64,000 bases of DNA, from positions 35,402,001 to 35,466,000 of the forward strand of contig NC_043014.1 in the NCBI RefSeq assembly GCF_006345805.1, in the 5' to 3' direction. The position numbers and the translations under genes were made by a program. The notes under the pieces were generated by a model that was not told where the DNA came from, searched no databases, and saw only the letters and a list, made by a program, of their open reading frames with translations. The stretch is from Octopus sinensis (lineage: Eukaryota). This document shows positions 12,520-23,775 of the stretch, piece by piece (positions within the stretch are counted from its first letter, which is position 1; each line of letters begins with the position of its first letter).

Positions 12520-12990
12520 GTCTCATATTTAGCCAGTCACGTGTGGGTTTTGAAAGAGAATGAAACACCATATACGATTAAATGGAAAATCATCAAAAAA
12601 TCAACACATTGTGTGAACGGTTCAAAGAAATGTAGGCATTGCTTGGCTAAAAGAGCACAGTTATTGTTCAGATCAAAAATCCCCAACTCAATATTGAACT
12701 CATGGTCTGAAATTTTCAGTGGTTGCAAACACATACAAAAATATATTTTGAAGAACTGGACAATACCACCTATCCCAGATTATTATAGACTAAGGAAATT
12801 AGATCGCTTACTAGTATACTTTACCCGCATTCTTTTAGTATTCATATTTTTAGGCTTAGTTTTTATCCGTTATATTTTGTTATCCTTTATAAATTTTTAT
12901 ATACCCGACATTTCTTATATTTATACCTCTACATTTTTACCTTACGTTTATACATTATTTATACGCAATTTACATTTACAGTCCTATATT
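12520..12990 (+). mobile_element. Penelope-like element 3' fragment (GIY-YIG endonuclease C-terminus plus AT-rich terminus)
   Basis: HVWVLKE...YTIKWKII...SKKCRHCL...LNSWSEIFSGCKH.QKYIL fits the 'W.LK...I.W.I...C.LC...LN.R.E...CRH..K..L' pattern of Penelope-like endonucleases. Confidence 0.75.
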
Positions 12991-13119
12991 TAAGAGATGA
13001 GGAATTATTTACATTATTTACATTTGACGGATATTATGTTGTTGGCCTTCATCAGGCATCTTGGGGAAATTTCGAACCTGGGTTCTCCTTCCTAAGGTAT
13101 TTTTCGATGTTGTTGTTGC

Positions 13120-13205
<86 letters not shown>

Positions 13206-13640
13206 TCACTGCTTGGAATCGAACTCGGAATATTGGGGTTAGTAGCTCGCGCTCTAAATCACTACGCCATATGGAGTGAACTTTTGGGCTTATAAATCTA
13301 ATATTTTCCTATCCTTCCTTAATACCGGTTTCTATATGCTACTCATGTCTGTACTCGGTCTGCTTGGGAGGTTGTTGTGTCCTAGCATATGTGCTGCTTC
13401 TTTTAGTTTTCGTATTTTCCAGTGGGGTCCTCTGTCTATTATTTTAACTTCAGCCCACGGGGGGGGGTCTCTATTTTTCCATACATGATCAGCTATAGGC
13501 GATTTATCAATATCTCCTCGTGTCACAGCTTTGCGATGTTCGTCTGTCCTTATTTTGAGGAGGCGGCATGTTTCGCCTTTGTATAACCTACCACAGCTGC
13601 ATGGGATGGAGTACGCGCAATCTTTGGTCATATACTCTTG
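12991..13640 (-). mobile_element. Penelope-like element 3' fragment (GIY-YIG domain, tRNA-like segment, (AAT)n, truncated hammerhead core)
   Basis: YSIPCSCGRLYKGETCRLLKIRTDEH...SPIADHVW...RKLKEAAHM. CUGAUGA at 13055-13049. Confidence 0.85.
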
Positions 13641-13659
13641 TATTCGAATAAATGGTTGT

Positions 13660-14550
13660 GTTATGCCAGCAGCATAACCATAACCACTGCCTGTTCTTTG
13701 GCATTGAGTACCGTTTTAAACTTTACGTCTCTAACGACCTACACTAGATTTTTCCCACACATATACACACGCACTCACCCACAAGCACATATTTTTCACG
13801 TTTTTATTCCCGTTTTCTCGCGTTCCACAGCATATTTAAAGTTCTTAGTTTAGCACGAAGAGTAGTCTGCGCCTAAAGAATGTGTTTGGATCTTCAGACA
13901 CGTGAAACTATTAGTAACGCCTAAAGACATGTACTGTGACCCTTAACCAACAATATTTGACTCTCACCAGATGGATTGCTCTCTTTGTTGAATTATATCA
14001 CGGATATATATATACATGCCGACCAAAGTCTCGTGAATGGATTTGGTACACGGGAACTGAGAAAACCTCGTTGTATATGTATATATTTATGTGTGTGTTT
14101 GTGTCTGTGCTTGTCTCCACCACCATCGCTTGACAACCGATGTTGGTGTGTTTACGTTCCCCTAACATAGCGGTTCCATAGAAGAAACCGATAGAATACG
14201 CACCAGGCTACCAAAGAATAATTCCAGGGTCTGATTTCTTAGACTAAAAAGCAATGCTTCAGCTTTGCCACAGTCAAATGACTGAAACAAGTGAAAGAGC
14301 CTTTAGTTTTAAGACCTACCATCTTACATCTCATTATTCGGATTCCCAGTCATAAGAGTAGATACGAAGTACCCTTGGTATTGAATTTGATGACCAGGAA
14401 CGTGAAATTCGAATAACTGGTTGTGTCATGCCAGCTGCATAACCATAACCACCGCCTGTTCCTTGGCATTGAGTACCGTTTTGAACTTTTCGTCTCTATC
14501 GACCTACACTGGACTTTTCACACACATACACACGCACCCATCCACAAACA
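13660..14550 (+). repeat. Direct repeat pair of ~140 bp (13660-13800 and 14408-14550)
   Basis: Both read TTCGAATAA.TGGTTGTGT.ATGCCAGC.GCATAACCATAACCAC.GCCTGTTC.TTGGCATTGAGTACCG... Confidence 0.9.
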
Positions 14551-15089
14551 CTCAGTAAAAGGGTTAGTATTTTCCATTATAAAAATTAAATTTAATCAAA
14601 TTAAGTATTATATTAACTCGAATCTAAGATAGCAAAATTGTGCACAGCATCATCGCGGTTCTATGCACATTTTTTCCAATTTTAGATTCGTGTTTATAAA
14701 GCATATAATTGAATTTAATGTGTGTCTTTGTGTGTATAAACACACAGCCATAGATTTATTCTCAGTACTTTTAATCTATCTATCCAGCACTCCTAGTCAG
14801 CATTTCCTCTCTCCCTATCGAAGAGTTTAGCCTAACATCCTAAAAGGGAAAATGAAGAGTTCCTCACAGCAGCAACAACCAAGCCAAGTGATCAACAACG
14901 ATTTGACTTCACAAACATGATTGCAATCATTGATAAGATTCCAAGATACACCTGTTATGAGAGAAGTCATCAACGAGCAACTTAGCAAGGAATCGTCTGT
15001 CAAGATTGACATTCCGGGGATAAGGAAAGGAGAGCCGTAAAGATACACTGCGCAGATATTGACAGAATAAACTGATGTAATATATATAT

Positions 15090-15755
15090 ATTTTCTTTAG
15101 TACCCACAAGGGGCTAAACATAGAGGGGACAAACAAGGACAGACAAAGGTATTAAATCGATTACATCGACCCCAGTGTGTAACTGGTACTTAATTTATCC
15201 ACCCCGAAAGGATGAAAGGCAAAGTCGACCTCGGCGGAATTTGAACTCACAACGTAACGGCAGACCAAATACTGCTAAGCATTTCGCCCGACGTGCTAAC
15301 GTTTCTTATTTCTGTACTGTCCACAAGGGGCTACATACAGAGAGGACAAACAAGGACAGACAAAGGGATTAAATCGATTACATCGACCCCAGTGTGTAAC
15401 TGGTACTTAATTTATCGACTCCGAAAGGATGAAAGGCAAAGTCGACTTCGGCGGAATTTGAACACACAACGTAACGGCAGACCAAATACCGCTAAGCATT
15501 TCGCCCGACGTGCTAACGTTTCTTATTTCTGTACTGCCCACAAGGGGCTACACACAGAGAGGACAAACAAGGACAGAGTAAGGGATTAAATCGATTACAT
15601 CGACCCCAGTGCGTAACTGGTACTTAATTTATCGACTCCGAAAGGATGAAAGGCAAAATCGACCTCGGCGGAATTTGAACTCACAACGTAACGGCAGACC
15701 AAATACTGCTAAGCATTTCGCCCGACGTGCTAACGTTTCTGCCAGCTTGCCACCT
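15090..15755 (-). mobile_element. Family C SINE head-to-tail trimer (217-bp period)
   Basis: CCACAAGGGG at 15104, 15321 and 15538. Single TSD CTGATGYAATATATA at 15072 and 15756. Confidence 0.92.
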
Positions 15756-16184
15756 CTGATGCAATATATAGACGTTGACTAAACAATTAGCTAATGTGTT
15801 TAGATGTATACAAAACGTAATGTAAATACAATTCATAAATGCTGCCTAGATAATTAGATATTGTGAATAGTTGCTGGATAGATAATTATGTAAGATGTGT
15901 TAATGTTCACTGGGTAGCATGCATGCAGTTTTTGACAGGATAAGTAGCAAAATTGTTAACATTTCGACTGAATAAATAAAGACAGTATATGTTGCTTAAA
16001 TCCTGATCAGCCACGATAGAGGAAAGTCATGATGTACGCTAATGTTCCGCCGTTAGTTCACTGTGATCGATAGACACAGTATATAAATATTGAATGAGTT
16101 GACAGATAAAATGTGTAGATGTTGACTGAATAGGCAGACATAATATGTAGAACAAAAAGCATAGAATCTGAATAACTAGTAATG

Positions 16185-16641
16185 TGTAACAAGATGAGAG
16201 TTCAGGAACACTGGAGGGGTGTCTAGTCTGATCTTGTCACATACAAGTTGAAGAAACGGAAACGAAATCAGGCTGTCTTCAATAACAGTAAATAGTAGTT
16301 TATTCTTCGGGTTCACAGGTAAAATATATACATATATTTCTTGTGTGCGAATCGGCAGCCAAATCCACAGGACTGTTTACAAATATTCACTCGGGTAAGC
16401 CAAGAAGATGTGGTGTTCGTTCCCACTTCGAAGAGAGAGAGCCTTTCGTGCGTAGGGTGTTCCCTGGGAGAAGTCGAGCCACGTCCGTTCGCTAGCGCTG
16501 TTCTGCCAGAAAGACCGATATTAACGGGGGCGCCTCAGGTTGTAGAGCCTGCGCATGCACATGAGGAAACTTCCGGTGGCCAACCGGAAGTAATCCCATT
16601 CTGCGCATGTGCGCTGAAACTTACACAGTAGCGTCACTACA
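16185..16641 (-). mobile_element. Solo LTR (probably Gypsy-type)
   Basis: TGTA...TACA termini, perfect 4-bp TSD AATG (16181-84 and 16642-45), AATAAA on the minus strand near 16300, CpG-rich U3-like part. Confidence 0.8.
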
Positions 16642-16911
16642 AATGTTTTGCGTCGTTGAAAATTAATACTTATAATTCAAACAGTGAAATATGTTTTATG
16701 GCATGAGGATAAATGAAAGTCTAACATTCCGAGCAGAGCCTTTCATCACAGAAAAATTAAACTTTAGCTGGGATTGAAGGATGAGCGGAGGTTAATGAGA
16801 GACAAAGAGAAGAAAGGATCAGTGAAAAGGAGGGAGAGGAAGTAAATATGAGTGGAGAAGGAGGAAGCAATCCGAATGAGGAATCAAATTTAAACTCTGT
16901 AATTCTTTATA

Positions 16912-17215
16912 ACGATAAACGTCGCCCTTTTCACGCCTAGCCAGGCTCATGGATCCGGTTTCCCGGTTTCTGTGGCGTGTGTGTTCCCCCCAGCTGGACG
17001 GGACGCCAGTCCATCGCAGTGTTACTCAAGAAACAGGAAGAGAGAGTGAGAGAAAGTCTGGCGAAAGAGTTCAACAGGGGTCACCATCACTCCCTGCCGG
17101 AGCCTCGTGCAGCTTTTAGGTATTTTCGCTCAATAAACGTCCAGTTTGGGAATCGAAACCGCAATCTTCCGACCGCGAGTCCGCTGCCCTAACCACTGAG
17201 CCATTGCGCCTCCAC
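16912..17215 (-). mobile_element. tRNA-Arg-like SINE, family A (tail X)
   Basis: 13-bp TSD GTAATTCTTTATA at 16899 and 17216. Homologous to 38581-38888. Confidence 0.9.
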
Positions 17216-17586
17216 GTAATTCTTTATACTTAGGTAAAACTAGAATTCATTTAGCTGACACCTTTTATGAGCACCTTCAGAATTTTCGGAATAACACCCA
17301 AGCAATCTGTAAAATGGTGGCGTGACATTTAAATTCGTTGGATTATTTATTCTTTCTGTGACACCTCTGTATATGGAATCCCTTTACATCACAGCTCAAA
17401 CCTCGCCCATTATATGGAAACAGGAAAAATCTAATCTGAACTCTAGATACTTCTTCGCCCCTCCATCATTGAAATAGCAGATCGTAAAATTCCTTCTGCC
17501 CATTCGTCATATATATTTCACTACATACATACATACATACATACATACATACATACACATAGACATATATATATATAATATTATAT

Positions 17587-17618
<32 letters not shown>

Positions 17619-18186
17619 ATTATTGAAGTAGATAAATGAATTATCTATTACGGATAATTCAAATGATAACCGATACCTGGGTAGCAAAAATCACGGTTGG
17701 AGTTACGACCATGGGGCATAAAATCCGTGCCTTAGTGCGGAAATTTGAAGTTTTATATATTAATATAAACTGCTAGCTGTCTGCCATCCCTGACAGCAGC
17801 ACTGTATACTGCCATGACCATTGTGGACACATCTCTCTCTATCAAGTGGTTTCTGTCTTCGAAAACACTGTCACACATACATAGACGCACACACACATAC
17901 ATGAAAGAAATTTCTCACACTCAAACACTCTAGCACTCATTCTTAAAATAATTCAAATATAAACACCAGTCATACAGAATACATCCACACTCTTTGATTT
18001 TCCTGTACCCGCCTTCTGCTAACCGGATTCTGACCTCGAACTATCTCAACGGACATTCTCTTCTGCTTTCACCCAGTCTGGCGTCTACGCATATAGATAG
18101 ACAGTTTGTGCCATTTACTTCATGGGCTCCTCGTGAGCGTTTGTCGAAAAGCTTGCTGTGCATTTTGTTGGAGAATTAAGTTCCTG

Positions 18187-18272
18187 ATTTTCCTGAAGGG
18201 AAGGCTGCAAAATGGACTCCTTATTCAATCAGAATTAGGGACTTTGCAGCCTTCGAAACATATGTAGAAAAT
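18187..18272 (+). ncRNA. Type-I hammerhead-like motif with long helix II (A9G variant)
   Basis: AUUUUC-CUGAAGG-GAAGGCUGCAAA(loop)UUUGCAGCCUUC-GAAA-CAUAUG-UA-GAAAAU. Perfect 6-bp and 12-bp helices; palindromic ACAUAUGU. Confidence 0.72.
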
Positions 18273-18362
18273 AATAAAAAGGAATTTTGTTAAATCTTCG
18301 TTCAGCTCCATTTCTTCCTACACTTAATATATATAATATATATATAATATATATATATAATA

Positions 18363-18426
<64 letters not shown>

Positions 18427-18429
<3 letters not shown>

Positions 18430-18727
18430 AGGCGCAATGGCCCAGTGGTTAGGGCAGCGGACTCGCGGTCGTAGAATCGCGGTTTCGATTCCCAGACCGG
18501 GCGTTGTGAGTGTTTATTGAGCGAAAACACCTAAAAGCTCCACGAGGCTCCGGCAGGGGATGGTGATCGCTGCTGTACTCTTTCACCACTCTTTCTCCCA
18601 CTCTTTCTTCTGTTGGCCTGCTCGCTTAGCCAGCAGGGTGGCGTCATTTGAAGGCTAAAAGAATGCGAACGCATTGTGACCAGCGATGTGTAACTACATC
18701 TGATGGACTGGTCGGTCACGTGATCAG

Positions 18728-18728
<1 letters not shown>
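18427..18728 (+). mobile_element. tRNA-Arg-like SINE, family A (tail Z), ending in (TA)n
   Basis: A box TGGCCCAGTGG, anticodon-like GACTCGCGGTC, B box GTTTCGATTCC. Confidence 0.9.
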
Positions 18729-18784
<56 letters not shown>

Positions 18785-18800
18785 GTAAAATAATATGTGG

Positions 18801-18868
18801 CCAGATAACCGAAGAGATGGTGTTGTGGATTTCCACTTCGGCATCCGAAACTCAGAGTTTTATCTTGG
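18801..18868 (+). ncRNA. Type-I hammerhead-like motif (U4C variant) in a cassette flanked by (TA)n on both sides
   Basis: CCAGAUAA-CCGAAGA-GAUG..GUGGA(UU)UCCAC..CAUC-C-GAAA-CUCAGAG-UU-UUAUCUUGG. Confidence 0.62.
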
Positions 18869-19293
18869 CTATTGAATAATTGTCACATATTATTTTACAG
18901 ATTAATTTCCTCTATTTACATAAATATTGAGGTCTCTTCCTTTTGTTATCTTACCATTTTTACCAATATATATATATATATATATATATATTTAAATGTG
19001 AATGCATGTGTGGTGTGTGTATGTGTGTGTGTGTGTGTGTTTATGTGTGTGTGTGTGTGTGTGTGTGTGTTTATGTGTGTGTGTGTGTGTGTGTATGTAG
19101 TTATGTTTGAATACGCAGAATGTATGTACGTGTATATTTGTGTGTATATGTATGTATGTGCGTATATTTGCTTACACTCAAGCACGCACACACACACAAC
19201 ACACACACACACACATATGCATGGTAATGACTAATGAATATCTGTGTGTGGTCTTATACTGTTTTTATTGTTAATATATGTACCTTGAAATAA

Positions 19294-19341
<48 letters not shown>

Positions 19342-19399
19342 TTTTCCGTAATGAGATAACAACAAAAGGCTGTGTAGATTTTAGAACATTTATAAATAG

Positions 19400-19447
19400 G
19401 TCTTACAGCTGTTCCTAGGATATTTATTATATCCTTTCATCGGAAAC
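19400..19447 (-). ncRNA. Degenerate type-I hammerhead-like motif (second copy at 20170-20217)
   Basis: GUUU-CCGAUGA-A-AGGAUAU(AAUAA)AUAUCCU-A-GGAA-CAGCUG-UA-AGAC. Palindromic ACAGCUGU. Confidence 0.55.
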
Positions 19448-19594
19448 GGTATGAGAAGATGTTTAAGCAATAGTTAATTTAGATAATATATTTAGATAAT
19501 ATATATTATAGACACACACACACATACATATGTATGTATGTATATATGCACATGTATATTTATATATGTATTTGTATGTACTCATATATATATA

Positions 19595-19825
19595 TGATGG
19601 CTGCCCCCTCATTATCGAGTATGGGCATTGCACGAAGCTTAACTGTTATTGGTGCTGTGATCGAATGTGACTTTTTAGCCCAGATCTACAATGTATTGTA
19701 CAGAATTGGCAGCTAAAACCTTTACCGGTAATAGCCGGCTGTAGTTGTAACTGGGCTTCATGTACCTTTGTATGTCGTTTAAGTCCTCCTGCCGAATTAC
19801 ACCTCTTCCACATACCTGACACACA
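19595..19825 (-). mobile_element. RTE (BovB-like) LINE extreme 3' end with C2H2-like motifs (duplicate at ~20365-20572)
   Basis: KRCNSAGGLKRHTKVH...FSCQFCTIHCRSGLKSHIRSQH*, then a short 3' UTR ending GGGGCAGCCATC into (AT)n. Confidence 0.7.
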
Positions 19826-19936
19826 TATATATATATATACATACATACATACATATGTGTGTGTTATATATATTATATATATATATAGATGATATATATA
19901 TATATGTATGTGTGTGCGTATTTGCTTACACTCAAG

Positions 19937-19975
<39 letters not shown>

Positions 19976-20574
19976 CAACATATGCATGATAATGACTAAT
20001 GAAATATCTGTCTGTGGTCTTATAACTGTTTTTATTGTTAATATATGTACCTTGAAATACATACATATATATATAATATATCTATATATATTATATATAT
20101 TATAATAAAATTTTTCCGTAATGAGATAACAAACAAAGGCTGTGTAGATTTTAGAACATTTATAAATAGGTCTTACGGCTGTTCCTAGGATATTTATTAT
20201 ATCCTTTCATCGTAAACGGTTATGAGAAGATGTTTAAGCAATAGTTAATTGAGATAATTATTTAGATAATATATATTATAACACACACACACATACATAT
20301 GTATGTATGTATATATGCACATGTATATTTATATATGTATGTTGTATGTACTCATATATATATATGATGGCTGCCTCCCTCGTAATCGAGTATGGCCATG
20401 CACGAAGCTTAATGTTCTGTGCTGTGATCGAATGTGACTTTTTAGCCCAGATGTACAATGTCTTGTACAGAATTGGCAGCTAAAACCTTTACCGGTAATA
20501 GTCGGCTTGTAGTTGTAACTTGCATGTCGTTGAAGTCCTCTGCCGAATTACACTCTCTTCCACATGCCTGACAC

Positions 20575-20605
<31 letters not shown>

Positions 20606-20614
20606 CAACATACA

Positions 20615-20655
<41 letters not shown>

Positions 20656-21442
20656 TATATATATATTATATATATGTTGGTGTGTGTGTGTGGTGTATGT
20701 GTGGTGTGTGTTGTATTTTATTACCTCAAGGGGCTAAACATAGAGGGGACAAACAAGGACAGACAAACGGATTAAGTCGATTATATCGACCCCAGTGCGT
20801 AACTGGTACTTAATTTATCGACCCCGAAAGGATGAAAGGCAAAGTCGACCTTTCTCTCTCTCTCTCTCGCTGCTCGGCATTTTCTAGGTCTTGGTTTTCC
20901 AAAAGTCTTGCTTTTCCTGCCTCCTTTATTTTTTTTACTGTCCATTGCGCTACAACCAATCTCTATTCAGGCATGTTAACGTTTTCTCCTTCTTCTCCTC
21001 CTCATCTTCCTCCACTTTTCCCTCTTCCTGCTCCTCCTCCTCCTAACTCTTTCACTAATCTCAGCATATTTCTTCTTCAGCATTATTCTTTGACTCTCTA
21101 TGACGAAGCTTTTTACCGGACACGTTAGTTTTCTCTTTCTCCCATCGCATAAAATGTGTTCCACCATTTGAACAGTGTTTAGATACTAACGGGGTTAAAT
21201 GACATTTTGTGTAGATGTTGGCCCGATTAACAGAATTAGTAGACGTTGAATGAATGAATTCACTGTAGAATTTCATGACAACAGACGGAATAAATAGACT
21301 CTGTGGAAATGAATAAGTCAAAAATAATATTAAATAAATCAACAAATAAGTGTGAAATAATTGCCAAAACGTCGTATTACAATATTACAATATCTATGTG
21401 TATAAATACAAACATACATACGTATATGTATGTGCTTGTATA

Positions 21443-21477
<35 letters not shown>

Positions 21478-22365
21478 ACATATGTGCACATGGGCCCAGT
21501 TCATGCGAAGTAAGGCATGATAAGTCATACCGGATGTGAAGAACGAGCCAGTTTTGAAGAATTCGCCGAAACGAATTAGGGTTTGCCGCAAAGGGATTTT
21601 AAATGATGCTGATGATGATTTTGATTTTCTTCTTCTTCTTCTTGCTTTTTCCTGTTGCGTTTACCCTTGTTGTAGTTGCTGCTGTTGGTCGTGCTGGTGG
21701 TAGTCGAGGGGGATAGTCTTTATTGATAGAGGGTCTGGTGTTGGTGGTGTCTGCTAAATGTGTTGTTTGAGCGATTAATAGGAAATTATGTAGCAAGTAA
21801 AATGGGGGAGTGAAGTGTGATGTATATAAGTGTGTATATATAAATATATGTATATTTACATTTGCTTGTATATGTGCGTATCCGTCTGTGAGTGTGATTC
21901 AAAAGGAAAGGGAAAAACAAAGGTAGACTGAGTAGAGATTACACGTATACACATGCACACATACACATACGCAAACTTGCACACAAACACATATGCACAT
22001 GCACACGCCCATACACACTCAGACACACACACATATATCCACACATTCACACATTAATGCCTCGATTAGCGAAACTATTTCCATATCAGAAATTTGCCAT
22101 CAGAGGAAGTTAAAACAGAGAAGGGGAAGGTTGCGGGGTATGCAAATTAGTCCTTTTAATTATTGTAAGAAATATGCACTTGTTTAATATACCGTCAGCC
22201 TACAATGTCATTACATATGTACGAAGGTCATAAAAGCAAACTTATATGGAATTCAATAATAAAATATATACATTCCTTTAGTTTATGCAACATGTCAAAA
22301 TACGAAGCAATGAAATATAATTTTATAAATGTCGATTTTCTTATATTCATAATTTTATGAAAAAC

Positions 22366-22431
<66 letters not shown>

Positions 22432-22464
22432 GCGTTAATATGAAGGGTTAGCTGTTTTGCCTTT

Positions 22465-22774
22465 TGTTGTTGTTTGTTCCTTCTCGAGCCATGCCTGGCT
22501 CATAAGGGCCGGTTTCCCGGTTTCCTTGGCGTATAGGTTCCCCAACTAGACTGGACGCCGGTCCGTCGCAGGTGAGCTGCAAGATGCAGGAGGAAAGAGT
22601 GAGAGAAAGTTGTAGCGAAAGAATCAGCAGAAGTTCGCCGTTACCTTCTGTCAGAGCCACGTGGAACTTAGGTGTTTTCGCTAATAAACACACGCATCGC
22701 CCGATCTGAGATTCGAACCCGCGATCCCTCGACCACGAGTCCGCTGCTCTAACCACTAGGCCATGTGCCTCCAC
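22465..22774 (-). mobile_element. tRNA-Arg-like SINE, family A (tail X variant)
   Basis: Homologous to 16912-17215, with an (AAC)n-like tail. Confidence 0.85.
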
Positions 22775-23419
22775 TTTTACCTTTTGTGAACTGCTAATTC
22801 TTTTCTATAACAATTTAGTGCTGTCTTCTTTACAGCAATTTACGGTAACGCTGATGACTTTTCTCTTTACGGTTATTATTTCAATTGATTAAAAATAGAC
22901 GTGGTTCCCTAAGCGGATGTAGATATTGCAAGGGTGATAAATCATTTCGTCATAATATGGGGCAAGATTAAATATTTGAAATTGAAATTAAGAAATTATT
23001 AAGAAAAACGTGAATAGTATCAACATATTTCATTCTTTATTTGTTTACATATTACGTTTTGTTTCTATATCAAGAAGTTCCTAAAATTTCTAGTCGTTGA
23101 TAATCGTGTATAGCACTATTTCATTCTCTTTAGAAATCGTCAGAATGACATAACATCGACTTATTAATTGTAAACATTTGATAGGTGTGATATATTATTA
23201 AAGATGGTAATAGTTACAGCATAGAAGAAATTTATGGAATGTATTTAATTAAAATCAATTTTAACTATATGTTCTTTATGCTGAAGGCAGCCTTTGGAAT
23301 TGTTCCAATGATATTATTATACATCTGTAAGTGTAATTCAAATACTAAGATTATATGAATAAATGGAACATCAAGGCAGCTACTTCTCCTGTATGAATAC
23401 AATGCATCTTTCAAATTTT

Positions 23420-23775
23420 ACTTCCTTCAACCATTGGGGTCAGTCGAACAAATCGAGCCCAGTACTTCTTTTTTTTTTACCAGTACTTACCTTTCACACA
23501 TTTGACGGACCGCCAAGTTACGAGGACGTAATCAAAACAACACCTGTTGTCAAGCGGTGTGGGAGACAAACACACATACGAACACAGACACACACACACA
23601 CACACACACACACACGAACACAGACGCACGCGCACAAACACACACACACCTATAGTATTGGTCGGGTCCGAGGTATTAATAAAAGACACTTTCTTTTCCC
23701 AAGGTGCCGTGCCCTGGGATTGAATCCGAAACCACGCGGGTTTCAACAGAGTTTTTTTAACTACACTACTATGTC
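23420..23775 (-). mobile_element. Degenerate SINE, family B
   Basis: Diverged match to 60094-60490. Confidence 0.7.

Larger units (their letters stand above)
19157..20620 (+). repeat. Tandem duplication, ~755-bp unit x2
   Basis: Colinear blocks begin at 19157 and 19912. Each contains a hammerhead-like cassette and an RTE 3' end. Confidence 0.92.

Noticed and set aside
14830-15050. Coding-like purine-rich stretch (possible exon)
   Set aside because: The plus-strand frames I read close within ~50 codons, with no recognisable domain or convincing splice donor.
15090-15755. Regularly spaced repeats resembling a CRISPR array or satellite
   Set aside because: Whole 217-bp units repeat with no unique spacers, and they match dispersed SINE monomers.
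18427-18500. Apparent tRNA-Arg(TCG) gene
   Set aside because: No proper acceptor stem; it continues into a SINE body found in several copies.
19646-19825. C2H2 zinc-finger gene exon (a family expanded in octopus)
   Set aside because: No TGEKP linkers. The motif and the following short UTR fit an RTE LINE 3' end, and the upstream frame is microsatellite.
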